Below, one piece after another: positions 1-10,942 of a stretch of DNA of 64,000 nt. Position numbers and translations under genes: made by a program. Numbering within the stretch: position 1 is the stretch's first letter; each line of letters starts with the position of its first letter. A model generated the notes under the pieces. It did not search any database. It was not told where the DNA came from and saw nothing but the letters and a program-made list of their open reading frames with translations. Origin of the DNA: Eledone cirrhosa (lineage: Eukaryota); contig OZ024745.1 in NCBI GenBank assembly GCA_964016885.1, positions 86,614,001 through 86,678,000 of the forward strand. The letters are read 5' to 3'.

Positions 1-1098
1 AACTCGCGGGACTTATACGCAACACGTCTCTGATTATTTGGGACGAGGCTCCACTGGCATACAGATATTTGCTGGAGGCATTGGACAGAACTTTGAGAGA
101 TATCTGCGGTAGTGACCTGCCATTCGGTGGTAAGACTATCGTTCTTGGTGGCGATTTCAGACAGGTGCTACCAATTGTTAGGAATGCTCAAAGAGCACAA
201 ATTGTCGATGCATGTCTGAAAAAGTCCCCGTTGTGGCGCCATTTCAGAGTTTTGCGATTACACGGTAATATGCGACTTCGTATGTTCGCGGCAAAACGAA
301 GAGGCTGAGACATACGGCCGATGGTTGATGCAGTTGGGAAACGATGAATTGTCACACGTTGGTGATAATCAGGCTGTAAGAATCCCAGACCATTTGGTCA
401 TGCCACTGGACCGCCAAGCATTGATTGACTGGGTGTTCCCTAATTTGAATGCTTTTTGGCAGAATATCTCCTGGATATCGGAACGCGTTATTCTAACTCA
501 TACGAATGCAACGGTCGATGAAATAAATTCACAAGTAGCCGGAATGTTTCCTGGAGAGGAATGGTTGACCGTCAGTGCGGATGCAATGGAGCCTAATCAG
601 AAGAACAATATGGATGTTCCGACTGAGTATCTGAATTCACTTCAAATACCCGGATTTTCCCCACATATTTTGAGGTTGAAAAAGGGTATGCCGATTATAT
701 TGCTTAGAAATATCAATCATAAAATGGGTCTTTGCAATGGTACCAGATTGATTGTTGAGAGATTGATTAACGAAAGAGTTTTAGAAGCTAAACTCCCAGG
801 CAGAGAGGAATTGGTTCTCATTCCGAGGATCATGCTGAGACCAAGTGAAGATCTGCTGCCATTCATTTGGCAAAGGAGACAGTTTCCCGTCAATTTGGCC
901 TTCTCTATGACTGTCAACAAGTCACAGGGACAGACTTTCAAGCGAGTAGGTGTCTACTTGAATGATCCAGCATTCAGCCATGGGCAACTGTATGTTGCTG
1001 CATATCGAGTGTGCGATCCTGATGGTATAAAATTTGCAATTGATACCACTAACAAAGGAACAACCCTGAATATTGTCTATAATGAAGATTTGAGCTGA
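1..1098 (+). pseudogene. Helitron RepHel C-terminal PIF1-family (SF1B) helicase domain, disrupted; runs off the window start
   Basis: ORFs 69-308 and 325-1098 carry PIF1 motifs PFGGKTIVLGGDFRQVLP, L..NMR, LKKGMPIILLRN, GLCNGTRL, RRQFPVNLAFSMTVNKSQGQT and FSHGQLYVA. A stop/frameshift lies near 308-325. Confidence 0.93.
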
Positions 1099-1313
1099 TG
1101 TATGCATATCTTTAATGCTATCAATAAGCGACGTAAATGATTCGGACATTGGTGTCCTTTGATCAGTATTGTGAGCTTTGACAGAGTTATCATTTCTGTT
1201 CAATGTCATTTATTGTCGATAATGAACAATAAAAACCAACAAGTATTGGTAGAAATTGCCTTCAAATTTATCGCTTCTTCATATGCTGAGTCTGGCAAAA
1301 AGGTTGGATCCTA

Positions 1314-1330
1314 TGGCCGGCCAGGGCTAG
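1314..1330 (+). other. Candidate Helitron 3' terminus (GC palindrome followed by CTAG)
   Basis: TGGCCGGCCA palindrome followed by GGGCTAG about 230 bp after the helicase stop. The next base is A, not the canonical T. Confidence 0.45.
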
Positions 1331-1628
1331 AGTAATATTGAAAAACGATTCTATTTTCGAAGTAGAAGGATCCGCCATTTGGTGTTCAAACCAGGCCACC
1401 TCCCCGAGTTGCACTCTGGGCAACATTGACTGTCTATTACTCAGTAGCTAAGAGCCAGGAAATTAATGAATACATTTTTGTGTCATATAATTTGTTGTTT
1501 TATTATTATAGCTGACCACTTATAGATAAGCATGTTATCCATATCCATATTAATTTGGCATTTGTATAAACAATTTCAAGTAAATAGGGACCTTTTTTTA
1601 CATTGACAGACATCTTTTATATTAATTA

Positions 1629-1972
1629 TCTATATCTATATCTACATATAATATAAAAGATTGGAACTTCCATCATCCTTTTGAGAAATGTGGAACAACC
1701 ACGTCTATGCAATGATACACGTTTTACAGTCAGACAGAAGATGAACCATCTCCTAGATGTCACACACCTAGAATTGTTCATATACTATGCACAAACGGTA
1801 CAACGAAGAATCTGGTATATCTGGAAGATTTTTTTACTGTTTTTTGTATCACACAGACACCACGGACTCGCCTCATACTGTAACCAGACAAACATCCAAT
1901 ACAGTCATTTTCTCTTTTACCTGTCTTCTCTTATCTTCTGTTTACTCGGGTGAAGCTGGGTACGTCAGTTAG
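1629..1972 (+). mobile_element. Short non-autonomous Helitron carrying a helicase fragment
   Basis: 5' end A|TCTATATCTATATCTACATATAATATAAAAG. 3' hairpin CTCGGGTGAAGCTGGG then TACGTCAGTTAG|T (degenerate CTAG). Internal 1660-1763 reads IGTSIILLRNVEQPRLCNDTRFTVRQKMNHLLDVT, matching the PIF1 'IILLRN..P.LCNGTRL' motif. Confidence 0.75.
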
Positions 1973-3683
1973 TTAATTCTATTTATATTTTGTGCTATGT
2001 TTATAGTAGTAGAGTAGGATAGTTTTATAGTATGTCTGTTAAAGATTGAGTGGTATCTGTGAGTTTTAGGAAAACATTTGTCTAGTGCTTTAAAGAATGG
2101 CTTTGCTAAAGGTGCTTTAACGCTTAATGAGAATGGGGGTGAGTACCAAATAATATTTCTAGTTCTAGTTCTTTTGTTTGTTTTAGAGTTTAAGTTAAAT
2201 TGTTTATTCTTATTATAATTAATAGTAGGGTGATTTGCCTTATTATTGTAGTCAATGTATTTAATTTTATTCATATACCCTGATCTATTTAAAGCTTCAT
2301 TATAATATTCACCCTTATCCTCAAAAATATTTTTATTAGTAGAGATGCGTGAAATTCGTTGCTGGACGCTATTGACAATAGTGTTCTTAATAGATCTAGG
2401 GTGATTAGAGTTAAAACTTACGTAATTTAGATTCTCATTAATTTTATGGAATGGGTAGTAGAGCCCTGTGCTAAGGTTTAATGTTACGTCTAAAAAGTTC
2501 ACGATTTTATAGTTATTCTCTATTTCTAACTTAAGGTTATAATTATTGAAGAATTGTATTATGGATTTTCTTTTCCTATTAATTTCACAATTACTATGGT
2601 TTTCAATTAAAAGTAGCATATCATCACGATATAAACCACCGGTCATGTCTGGCATTTTTCTATGCAGTGTACTATTAATAAATAAGCCCACAAGATCCGT
2701 TATTTGCGCCGAGTCAAATGATCCAATGGTGATATCAAAATTATTTTTTCTATCGGTTCTTGTCCAGAGATGATTGTTGAATTCAATTAAAGTTTTCCGT
2801 GCAGTTAAAATGATATGCATTTCTTCACTAGATAAATCTGTATGTTTAGATGCATAGATAAGAGCCCTATTAAGTAAACTAGTAGTAATAGAGGAATAGT
2901 AATTTGCAATATCCATTTGAATGACATTTTTGTTATGTTTAAATTGTATGTTATTGAACCAATCTATAACCTCATTAGTACCGTTCCATAGTTTTAGGTG
3001 TGATTTTTCTTTAAGTTGCGGTATGATTCTATCTAATATATGTTTACTAATTATGCCTAAGTCTGATTTAGATGGTGCTATAAGTCTGACTGGTAGTTCT
3101 ATTTCAAAGTTTCTTTTGTGGTCTTTCAGGTTAATTTTCGGTCTTCTAGGTATAAAAGGTTCAGTCATATTTTGGATGCCTAATTTATGAATTATTTCGG
3201 AAGCTTCTCTATTTAACGTTGCAAGATCTTCATTAGTTGTTGTTCTGTAGTTTTTTCTGAGTTCCTTCAATATAAGATTATTGTATTCGTCCCTTTGCAG
3301 TCCGTATAGATTGTTAGTTTTATCAGATTTTATTAGGATCTTCTCAGTTTTTTCAAGATTGTCTATATTATTCTTGAGGCCTTTAAGGTATTCCTGGCCT
3401 ACAATTGGTTTTTCTTGAATTTGATGTTTTGTATAATCGATATTACTTCCTTTTCAAATTCCATTAATAGTTTGTTGCTAGGTGGATTCTTCTTAGATTT
3501 GAAGATAATATTGAAGTTGTAACTGGATTTATTTATTTTTTCTGATTTTCTATCGAAATGGAAGGCACGCCATCTAAGTCTTCGTATAAAGGAGTCAGAT
3601 TTCTCAATGAGTTGTTTTAGATACTCATTATTCTTAGGTAAAGGTACATCTTTTAGAGAGGAAGAAATCCTAAAGAATTTCAT
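1973..3683 (-). pseudogene. Penelope-like element (Neptune-type) reverse transcriptase ORF, copy 1, disrupted
   Basis: ORFs 3399-3683 and 1969-3270: KDHKRNF...PVRLIAPSKSDLG, MDIANYYSSI, FDITIGSFDSAQITDLVG, GLYRDD, VNFLDVTLNL, SNHP, RNIIWYSPPFS. Confidence 0.93.
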
Positions 3684-3699
3684 TATTTATCAATCAGTT

Positions 3700-3883
3700 G
3701 ACGGTGGATTGGCAGTATCAGTAGAGGGTCGGATGCCATGTTTTCCAGCATAGTTACGTCCCTTTACGATCTGAGTTCAAATCCCGCCGAGGTTGACTTT
3801 GCCTTTCATCCTTACGGGGTCGATAAAATAAAGTACCAGTAATGCACTGGGTATTTGCTAGCCTTGTGCCTAAAGTAGAAACA
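3700..3883 (+). mobile_element. tRNA-derived SINE with Meta-type central domain, full length, 18-bp TSD
   Basis: A-box-like TGGCAGTATCAG, B-box GAGTTCAAATCC, domain GCCTTTCATCCTTACGGGGTCGATAAAATAAAGTACCAG. TSD ATTATTTATCAATCAGTT at 3682-3699 and 3884-3901. Confidence 0.92.
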
Positions 3884-3901
3884 ATTATTTATCAATCAGT
3901 T

Positions 3902-5420
3902 ATAATTTAAAGTGCTCAACATTAAAGGAGCTATTTATATAGATGTTTATAACTGATTCAGAGCACTAGACAGATTTCTGGAGTAAGTATTCAATGATAT
4001 TAAATAAATGGAAACTATATTTATAAAACCATATTTATTCTATTATATATATTTCAAGGGAACCAAACATTTTGGTCCGCTATCATCAGATAAAATACAC
4101 AATTTTTTATAAATATTTGACATGACCAAGGATAATATACCTTAACGGTTCATGTTATCCCTGGAAAGTGAAGGGAAGAGAGAAGAAAAGTCAGATATTT
4201 AAAATTATTAATATGAGTATGTAAATGATGTTTATATTAAAGGGCTGAAAAAACGTTAGTTTAGACGCTATGGAAAATTTAAATAATTATGATAAGGAAG
4301 GAAGAGAAAGAGAAAGAAAAAAAAAAAAGAATAACGTTAATTTGGGGGAAAAGATTTTTGTTACCTATATTATGAGTTATAAAATTATATGAAGAATTAT
4401 GGTTGTAAGTATTTTTATCTTATTACATTAGGATAGATTATATGTATATAAATCTCTCTATATATATTAATAAGTTACGTATGCATTGATTGTTTATATA
4501 AACAAATATGAGTTACGAAAGATGTTGAAATTTTATTTTCAAGTTGTGAGATTAGAATAATTTGTGGATTCAAAAATTTTCAACATTGAGAATGTTTTCA
4601 GAATATTGTTAATTTAACGAAGCTATATAAATTATCAAACTAAAATTGTTAAAGAAAAAGGAAAAGGAAGACCACTTAAACGTTAATTTAGGGGAAATAT
4701 ATTCAGACATTTGTCTATATTTATATGGAGAATTATTTATATTATTATAATAATATATAAATATCTATATATATATTTTAATAATAGGATAGTTTGTTTA
4801 TAATATGAGTTTCAAGGGATGTTGATTTTATGTAAATAAATAGGTAGTTACAATTGATAAAGTTTAAATTAAATTAAATTAACGGAATTATGTATAAAAA
4901 GGTTTTATGATTGGAAGAAAGGAAAGATAACTCCGATTTTTTTTATTAATCGCTAGTGTGGGATTAATTATTTAGTCTAAAGAAATATGAATATTTAAAC
5001 ATCATCCTGAATAGGATACATTTTACTAAAAACAGTTAATGGTTATTAATCTACATTTAAAAATTAGCTTTAGAGGAATAATAAAGAATTAAGAAAATAG
5101 AATTAAAGAATTTGAAAAAACTAAAATTAAAATTAAAATTAAAATTAAAATTAAAATTAAAATTAAAATTAGAGTTATATAAAAGTACAAATGTAGAAGA
5201 TATTTATATATATTTATATATAAATATCTATACATACACACGTATTATAAGAATTACATTATAAGAAATTTTAAAGATATTATGATTCAGAGATATTAAT
5301 ATATTAAATGTATTAAAAATGTTAGAGCAGATAAGATCATTTTGGAGATTAATAGGAATATTATAAGTATATTAATAAGAATATTATAAGTATATTATAA
5401 GTTACATATAGTTCTGGATG
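3902..5420 (-). repeat. Upstream pseudo-LTR/UTR of Penelope copy 1 (AT-rich)
   Basis: The reverse complement resembles the downstream tail of copy 2 (~13600-14870), including the same hammerhead and the AAATATGGTTTTATAAA motif. Confidence 0.65.
4036..4097 (-). ncRNA. Type I hammerhead ribozyme motif (PLE pLTR)
   Basis: Minus strand: TATTTTAT-CTGATGA-TAGCGGACCAAAATGTTTGGTTCCCTT-GAAA-TATATA-TA-ATAGAATA. Stem I pairs; the base of stem II is imperfect. Confidence 0.75.
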
Positions 5421-5425
5421 TAGAA

Positions 5426-5910
5426 TTATCTCCCCTGTTTGCTGAAAATTGAAGTAAGTGACATTGTCGCTACTTTAAAACAATAGCTTAAGGTCTTCAA
5501 AATGCTTTTAATTAAGCATACAGTGTATTGCAAAATACACTATATATACATTCATATATATATCGCTATTTCAGAGTACCGATTCTAATTTTCAATTTTT
5601 GCTGGACCGGCAACCGCTCTTTACAATCAGTTCTTGATTATTACTGGAATTCTATAAGAATCCAACATTCATAATTTTCTGCAGACAGGAGGAGTGGTGA
5701 GCTTTGATAAGTACCAACAAGTACGAAACAGAGCCCTGTCAGCTTATCTCCCCTGTTTGTTGAAAATTGAAGTAAGTGACATTGTCGCTACTTTAAAACA
5801 AGAGCGTAAGGTTTTCAAAATGCTTTTAAATTAAGCATACAGTGTATTGCAAAATACACTATATATACATTCATATATATATATCGGTATTTCAGAGCAC
5901 CATTTCTAAT
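5426..5910 (+). repeat. ~1.5 tandem copies of a 318-bp unit with a hammerhead at the junction (retrozyme/pLTR-like)
   Basis: 5426-~5590 repeats at 5744-~5910. The junction carries the hammerhead at 5697-5747. Confidence 0.8.
5697..5747 (+). ncRNA. Type I hammerhead ribozyme with mutated core
   Basis: GTGAGCT-TTGATAA(for CTGATGA)-GTAC-caacaa-GTAC-GAA-ACAG-agcc-CTGT-C-AGCTTAT. All three stems pair; cleavage triplet GTC. Confidence 0.8.
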
Positions 5911-5944
5911 ATATATATATATTAGAATTGGTGCTCTCTCTTTC

Positions 5945-5991
<47 letters not shown>

Positions 5992-6037
5992 GTAGAACAC
6001 TGGAAGGTAATATCCGTAGTGGTAGAGCACTCAGTCC

Positions 6038-6726
6038 ATGGGACGAGTAAGCAATAAGAAAACAAAGCGTAACAATAGACAAACTATTTGGTTCTCTCCT
6101 CCCTTCTCAATCAACGTTAAAACCAATGTAGGCAAAAAATGTCTAGCCGTCTTAGATAGACACTTTCCCATAGGTCATACATACCGTTCCATCTTTAACC
6201 GACACAAAGTAAAACTAAGATACTCATGCGCTAAGAACATGAAGGCCCACATCACCAACAGCCCTAAGAGCAACACCTCACCAGGGTGCTCTTGCCGTAA
6301 GCCCGAAGCTTGTCGCCTTCAACAGCAAGGCAACACACCCGCTGTAATTTATGAAGCTGTGGTCACTTCCAACCGACCAAATCAACCACAGGACGTCAAA
6401 TCCTATGTGGGTATGGCGGAGGGCCGATTTAAGGAACGCTTTCTGAACCACCAGTCGACCCGAACAGACGTTCATCCACGAAACTCGCGAGCCACGTATG
6501 GTCCCTCAAGGACTCAAGTATAGACTACTCCATTCAATGGAAAGCCATCGCTAAGTCCAAGCCATACGCAACGGGAAATCCGTCGTGTGGATTATGTATT
6601 GATGAACGAATAAATATTGTAAAGAAATTATGCAATAGTGATTGCCTAAACACGAGAAATGAATTCTTCACACGTTGTCCACACGTCTCGAAACACCTAT
6701 TATATAACTACAAAGCTCCGGATTGA
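6038..6726 (+). pseudogene. Penelope-like element C-terminal fragment (linker plus GIY-YIG endonuclease), 5' truncated
   Basis: RQTIWFSPPFS, SIFNRHKVKL, CSCRKPEAC, VIYEAVV...YVGMAEGRFKERFLNH. After a frameshift it continues YSIQWK...PYA...CGLC. The element is flanked by (TA)n on both sides. Confidence 0.88.
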
Positions 6727-6890
6727 ATCACAACAACAACCTAATTTTCTTATCAACTAGAAACTTTTCGGACTTTCGCAGTTATCTCCCTAACACCTCT
6801 CGCACGCTTTTTAGTATTGCCTGTGTGAAGTGACGGTTTCTGCGCATGCGCGTTCGTACGGTTGTCCTTCCTGTTCCACCTAACCATGTC

Positions 6891-6938
6891 CATTACGAGC
6901 TGAGGATCCGCTAAGGTGAAAAAATTGTTCTCGGTATG
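6891..6938 (+). ncRNA. Degenerate type I hammerhead in the 3' tail of the PLE fragment
   Basis: CATTACGAG-CTGAGGA-TCCGCTAAGGT-GAAA-AAATTG-TT-CTCGGTATG; stems partly mismatched. Confidence 0.55.
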
Positions 6939-6967
6939 GTGAACTAACTGTTGTGTAACCACTTATG

Positions 6968-7003
<36 letters not shown>

Positions 7004-7357
7004 AAGAAACAAACAAACATTAGATCACATTTGAAAACTGTTGCATCTCAGATAAAAGGACATGGAATTGATATACATGATATATGATGTATTACAGATA
7101 CATTTAATCGAAACAAGCAACGAAAAACAAGAAACGTTCAAAATTTAATGAAGGTATGATGATGATGATGATGATGACGATTGTGTTATTGAGTGTAGCG
7201 AAGATCACGATTGTGGTATTGGTATTGAAGATGATGATGACGATGGTGCGATAGAAATTGAAACTTAACCTTTATAATACTTTGAAAATATTCTCTAAGT
7301 TTGTAAAATATTTCAAAACATTCCACCACTATATAACATCAATATAGATAAGTATAA

Positions 7358-7567
7358 TGGTTTCTTATATATACACAAGGCCAGCAATTTTTGGGGAGGG
7401 GAAAGTCGACTAAATCGACCCCAGTGTGTGACTGGTACTTTATTTCATTGATCCGTAAGGATGAAAGGCAAAGTTAACCTCGGCGAGATTTGAACTCAGA
7501 TCATAAAGTGTCGTAATTCTATGCTACAAAGCATGGCGTCCGACCCTCTACCGATACTTCCAATCCA
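7358..7567 (-). mobile_element. Meta-type tRNA-SINE
   Basis: Reverse complement of the 3700-3883 family (GATTTGAACTCAG, GGATGAAAGGCAAAG). Confidence 0.85.
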
Positions 7568-7849
7568 GTATAATGTCATCCATGCAGCCACTAGCAACAA
7601 ACCAGAACTATCAACATAATGACCCATATCACTCATCGTCATCGTCACAAACTCTCAGGATCATCGTCATCGCTATTCCAACTGATATAAACAAAGCCAC
7701 AATCACTACCAATAGTACGTATAACTACCACAACCCACACCAACACCACTGACACCTTCTATCGCACAACCATCACCACTTATAACACCAAATATCACAA
7801 TAACTATCGTAGTGAGCCAACGAAAGAGCCTTTTCGAATTTGCCAGACT

Positions 7850-8000
7850 TGGTAGAAATAGCAGCAAAATTGCCCTCAAATCACACCCTACCGTATTAAA
7901 AAAGATGAACAACCTAGGTCATTTAGTCCTAGATACTATGTATGAATAAAGATTGTAAATCCTTTGATAATTCTTGTGTTCGATCAAATATGAGCTGGAC
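7850..8000 (+). repeat. Old dispersed repeat; related diverged copies at ~8745-8880, ~9110-9250 and ~20390-20550
   Basis: Shared motif TAGAAATAGCAGC...CCTCAAATCACACCC and downstream similarity among the copies. Confidence 0.5.
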
Positions 8001-8249
8001 TAAATAATAATGGTAACTCCATCGTAACTGATAACATCACCCGTTTAATTACCACACAACCTATATCAGCAAACACACTGCCAACACCACCATTAATATT
8101 AACTTATCAAAGCTTGTAACAAACCGAACATTAATGGACACCAAAGCAGATATTATCTTCCACTGTCATTGCTATGACTGATTACTATTATAACCAATAA
8201 TACCATCAACTTTCAATCATCAATACTAATCCCAACCGCTTCACCGACA

Positions 8250-8500
8250 TCTTCTTCTCGTGTCCACAACGGTGTCAGTTACAAAGCTTGGCTAGATGTA
8301 GTTCCCTCACAGCTGACACATTGCTCTCCTTTCTCATTAAACTCTGCCAAGTCTAATGGTGTTCCAGCAGGGGAATATCAGGAGGTGCAGCGAGGTCTGT
8401 GTTTCGATGCCGCAGTCACACACAACGTCCCCATCCTTTAAATATCTCCATTTTGCAAGAGTAACTTTTACACGTCCATTACCAGAACTTATACCACGGC
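8250..8500 (-). mobile_element. LINE 3' end (RTEX/I-like C-terminal cysteine motif plus tail)
   Basis: GRVKVTLAKWRY...VCDCGIETQTSLHLL resembles the C-terminal zinc finger of LINE ORF2. Ends ...GGACACGAGAAGAAGA. Confidence 0.6.
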
Positions 8501-9433
8501 CCTGGAAGTATCGATAAGATCCACAAGATATTGCTAACCCTATCACCACCACAAGCAACAGTTATAATTTACAAAACAACCAAAAAGCGACGCTCAAAGC
8601 TACAAGCCACAAAACTGACAAATGATTACACCACTGCAACTACTACCTCAAATATTAGTATTACTAACTCAACCACAGTTATCATCAATGCTAATCACTA
8701 TTTCGTTCACGAGTCACAGAGGTATACCTACCTGCTTGCTCTTTCTGTTAGAAATAGCAGCAAAATACCTCACAGTTACTTATTATGTAATCCTTGATAT
8801 AGTCTGAAAAAGACGCAATGGTCACAGTTGGAGTGCCTTTCCTCGTAGGTCTGCTTTATCAAGACTGTCAATATGCTAGGCAAGAAAAATAAGAAACATC
8901 CTCCTTAACCAGTCTTCTAACACTAATATTACTCTCTCCTGACACACTCCGATTGCCCCAAACTCAGCGACCAATATTTCCTCACTCAATCACACTCAGT
9001 TTTAATATCAACTGTTATAATCATTATATAATCATTAATACTGCTTTACTAATCAACTACTACAACCATTATCACACCCATCGATACCACCAATCACCGG
9101 ATCTCCGTCGTCATTCGACATGCTAGAAACCACAACTCTCGCAAACCACACCCAGCTATTTTACATAATGAAGGATACATTGGAAAATTTTGTTGTTGGT
9201 ATATAAAAAAGATGGTCTGTCTAGTTAGGATTAAAGTGGAGTTAAATCAGCATCACTTTACTATTAAAATCAAACTTACCCCACCATATATACCTCGCAC
9301 ATAGCTCAATAATCTAAATTAAACCTCCATCTTCACCAAAACGTCTTCCACCACAACTATAGCAATATTATCACTCCATCAGAACCAGAACTACTAACAG
9401 CACCATTGCTACAATCTAAGTCTAAAGTCTGTC

Positions 9434-9780
9434 TCAAGCCAGGAGGCTCGTCAGGCTGGTGTTTCGTGGCGTGAAGCCACTTAGAGTACCAGACTCTACC
9501 CTCTGGACAGGACGCCAGTCTATCGGAGGGTTAAACACCCAGCTATTGTTGCTGGTACTCATTTTCAGCTGAGTAGACTGTAGAAACGTGAAATTAAGTG
9601 TTTTGTTCAAGAACACAATACCCAACCCAAACCAGGAATCGAACCCACGAAATTATGATCGTATGTCCAACACTCTTACTACGGTAGCAACGTGAAATGA
9701 AGTGTTTTGCTCAAGAACACAACACCCAATCCACGACATTATGATCGTAAGTCCAACACCTTTACTACTAAGCTACATTG
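9434..9780 (-). mobile_element. CORE-like tRNA-SINE with an internal partial duplication
   Basis: B-box GGTTCGATTCC and GTGTTCTTGAGCAAAACACTT (CORE-like) on the minus strand; ~9585-9680 is duplicated at ~9690-9770. Confidence 0.7.
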
Positions 9781-10130
9781 CTAGCATTAAACATGCAGAA
9801 CCTATCTACAAGGACAATACGACTTACATTAACAGACATTGGCTGTCAGAATGTACAGAACATTTTGAATGAAGTTTGTATTGACACTTTCTGAACGTTT
9901 CTGCGACGCTTCTAACACTCTGTTATAATTCTATAAGTCAAAGGTATCCTTTCTATTATAATCTTTGTTTCTCTCCTAGAACTTGTCAAAGACACGATCT
10001 GTAGCAATGTATTTAGAAGAAAAAAGAACTCTCCTTCCTCATCCAAACTATTTCTCGATTTTACTTACAGCTAAGTAGTCATTCGTTTCTGTTCTTGATC
10101 ATTAATGTACAACGGTGATTTTTCGTTTTA

Positions 10131-10295
<165 letters not shown>

Positions 10296-10473
10296 TTTTC
10301 ATTTTTTCATTTCATTTTTTACGTCCGCTTTTTCCCTGCTTGCAAGGGTGGGACGGGAACTGATTCTGGCTTGATTTCTACAGCTGGATACCCTTCCTAA
10401 CACCAACCTCATTTGCAGTGAGTGCTGGGTGCTTTTTTGCCGTGGCACCTCCGCGACCACTTTACAGTGGAAT

Positions 10474-10643
10474 GATAGGGACCCCAGTCCCTATCATCTC
10501 ATTTCTACAGCTGAGTAAACTGGAGCAATGTGAAATAAAGTGTCTTGCTCAAGGAAACAACACGTCACTCGGTCTGAGAATTGAACTCACAACCTTTTCG
10601 ATTGCAAGGCCAATGCTCTAACCACTAAGCCATGTGCCTCCAC
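10474..10643 (-). mobile_element. CORE-like tRNA-SINE
   Basis: Minus strand: TGGCTTAGTGGTTAGAGC...GAGTTCAATTC...TTTCCTTGAGCAAGACACTTT. Near-identical to 29135-29296. Confidence 0.8.
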
Positions 10644-10754
10644 ATATATATATATATATAAATGAATGTGCATTTATATATATATCTTTGCTTATAAATA
10701 GCTCCTTCAATGTAGAGCGCTTTAAACTATAACAGATTATAAAGAATTAATAAT

Positions 10755-10928
10755 TGTTTCTACTTTTGGCACAAGGCCAGCAATTATCCCAGTGCATTGG
10801 CAGTATCGGTAGAGGGTCGGATACCATGCTTTGACGCATAGAGTTACGGTCCTTGCCATTCTGAGTTCAAATCCAGCCGAGGTTAACTTTGCCTTTCATC
10901 CTTACGGGGTCGATAAAATAAAGTACCC
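10755..10928. mobile_element. 5'-inverted Meta-type SINE with 16-bp TSD
   Basis: The 3' part is antisense (10755-~10797) and the 5' part sense (~10797-10928). TSD ATAAAGAATTAATAAT at 10739-10754 and 10929-10944. Confidence 0.85.
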
Positions 10929-10942
10929 ATAAAGAATTAATA

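Noticed and set aside
3700-3790. tRNA-like A/B boxes
   Set aside because: SINE heads: no cloverleaf, followed by the Meta domain and tail, multi-copy with TSDs.
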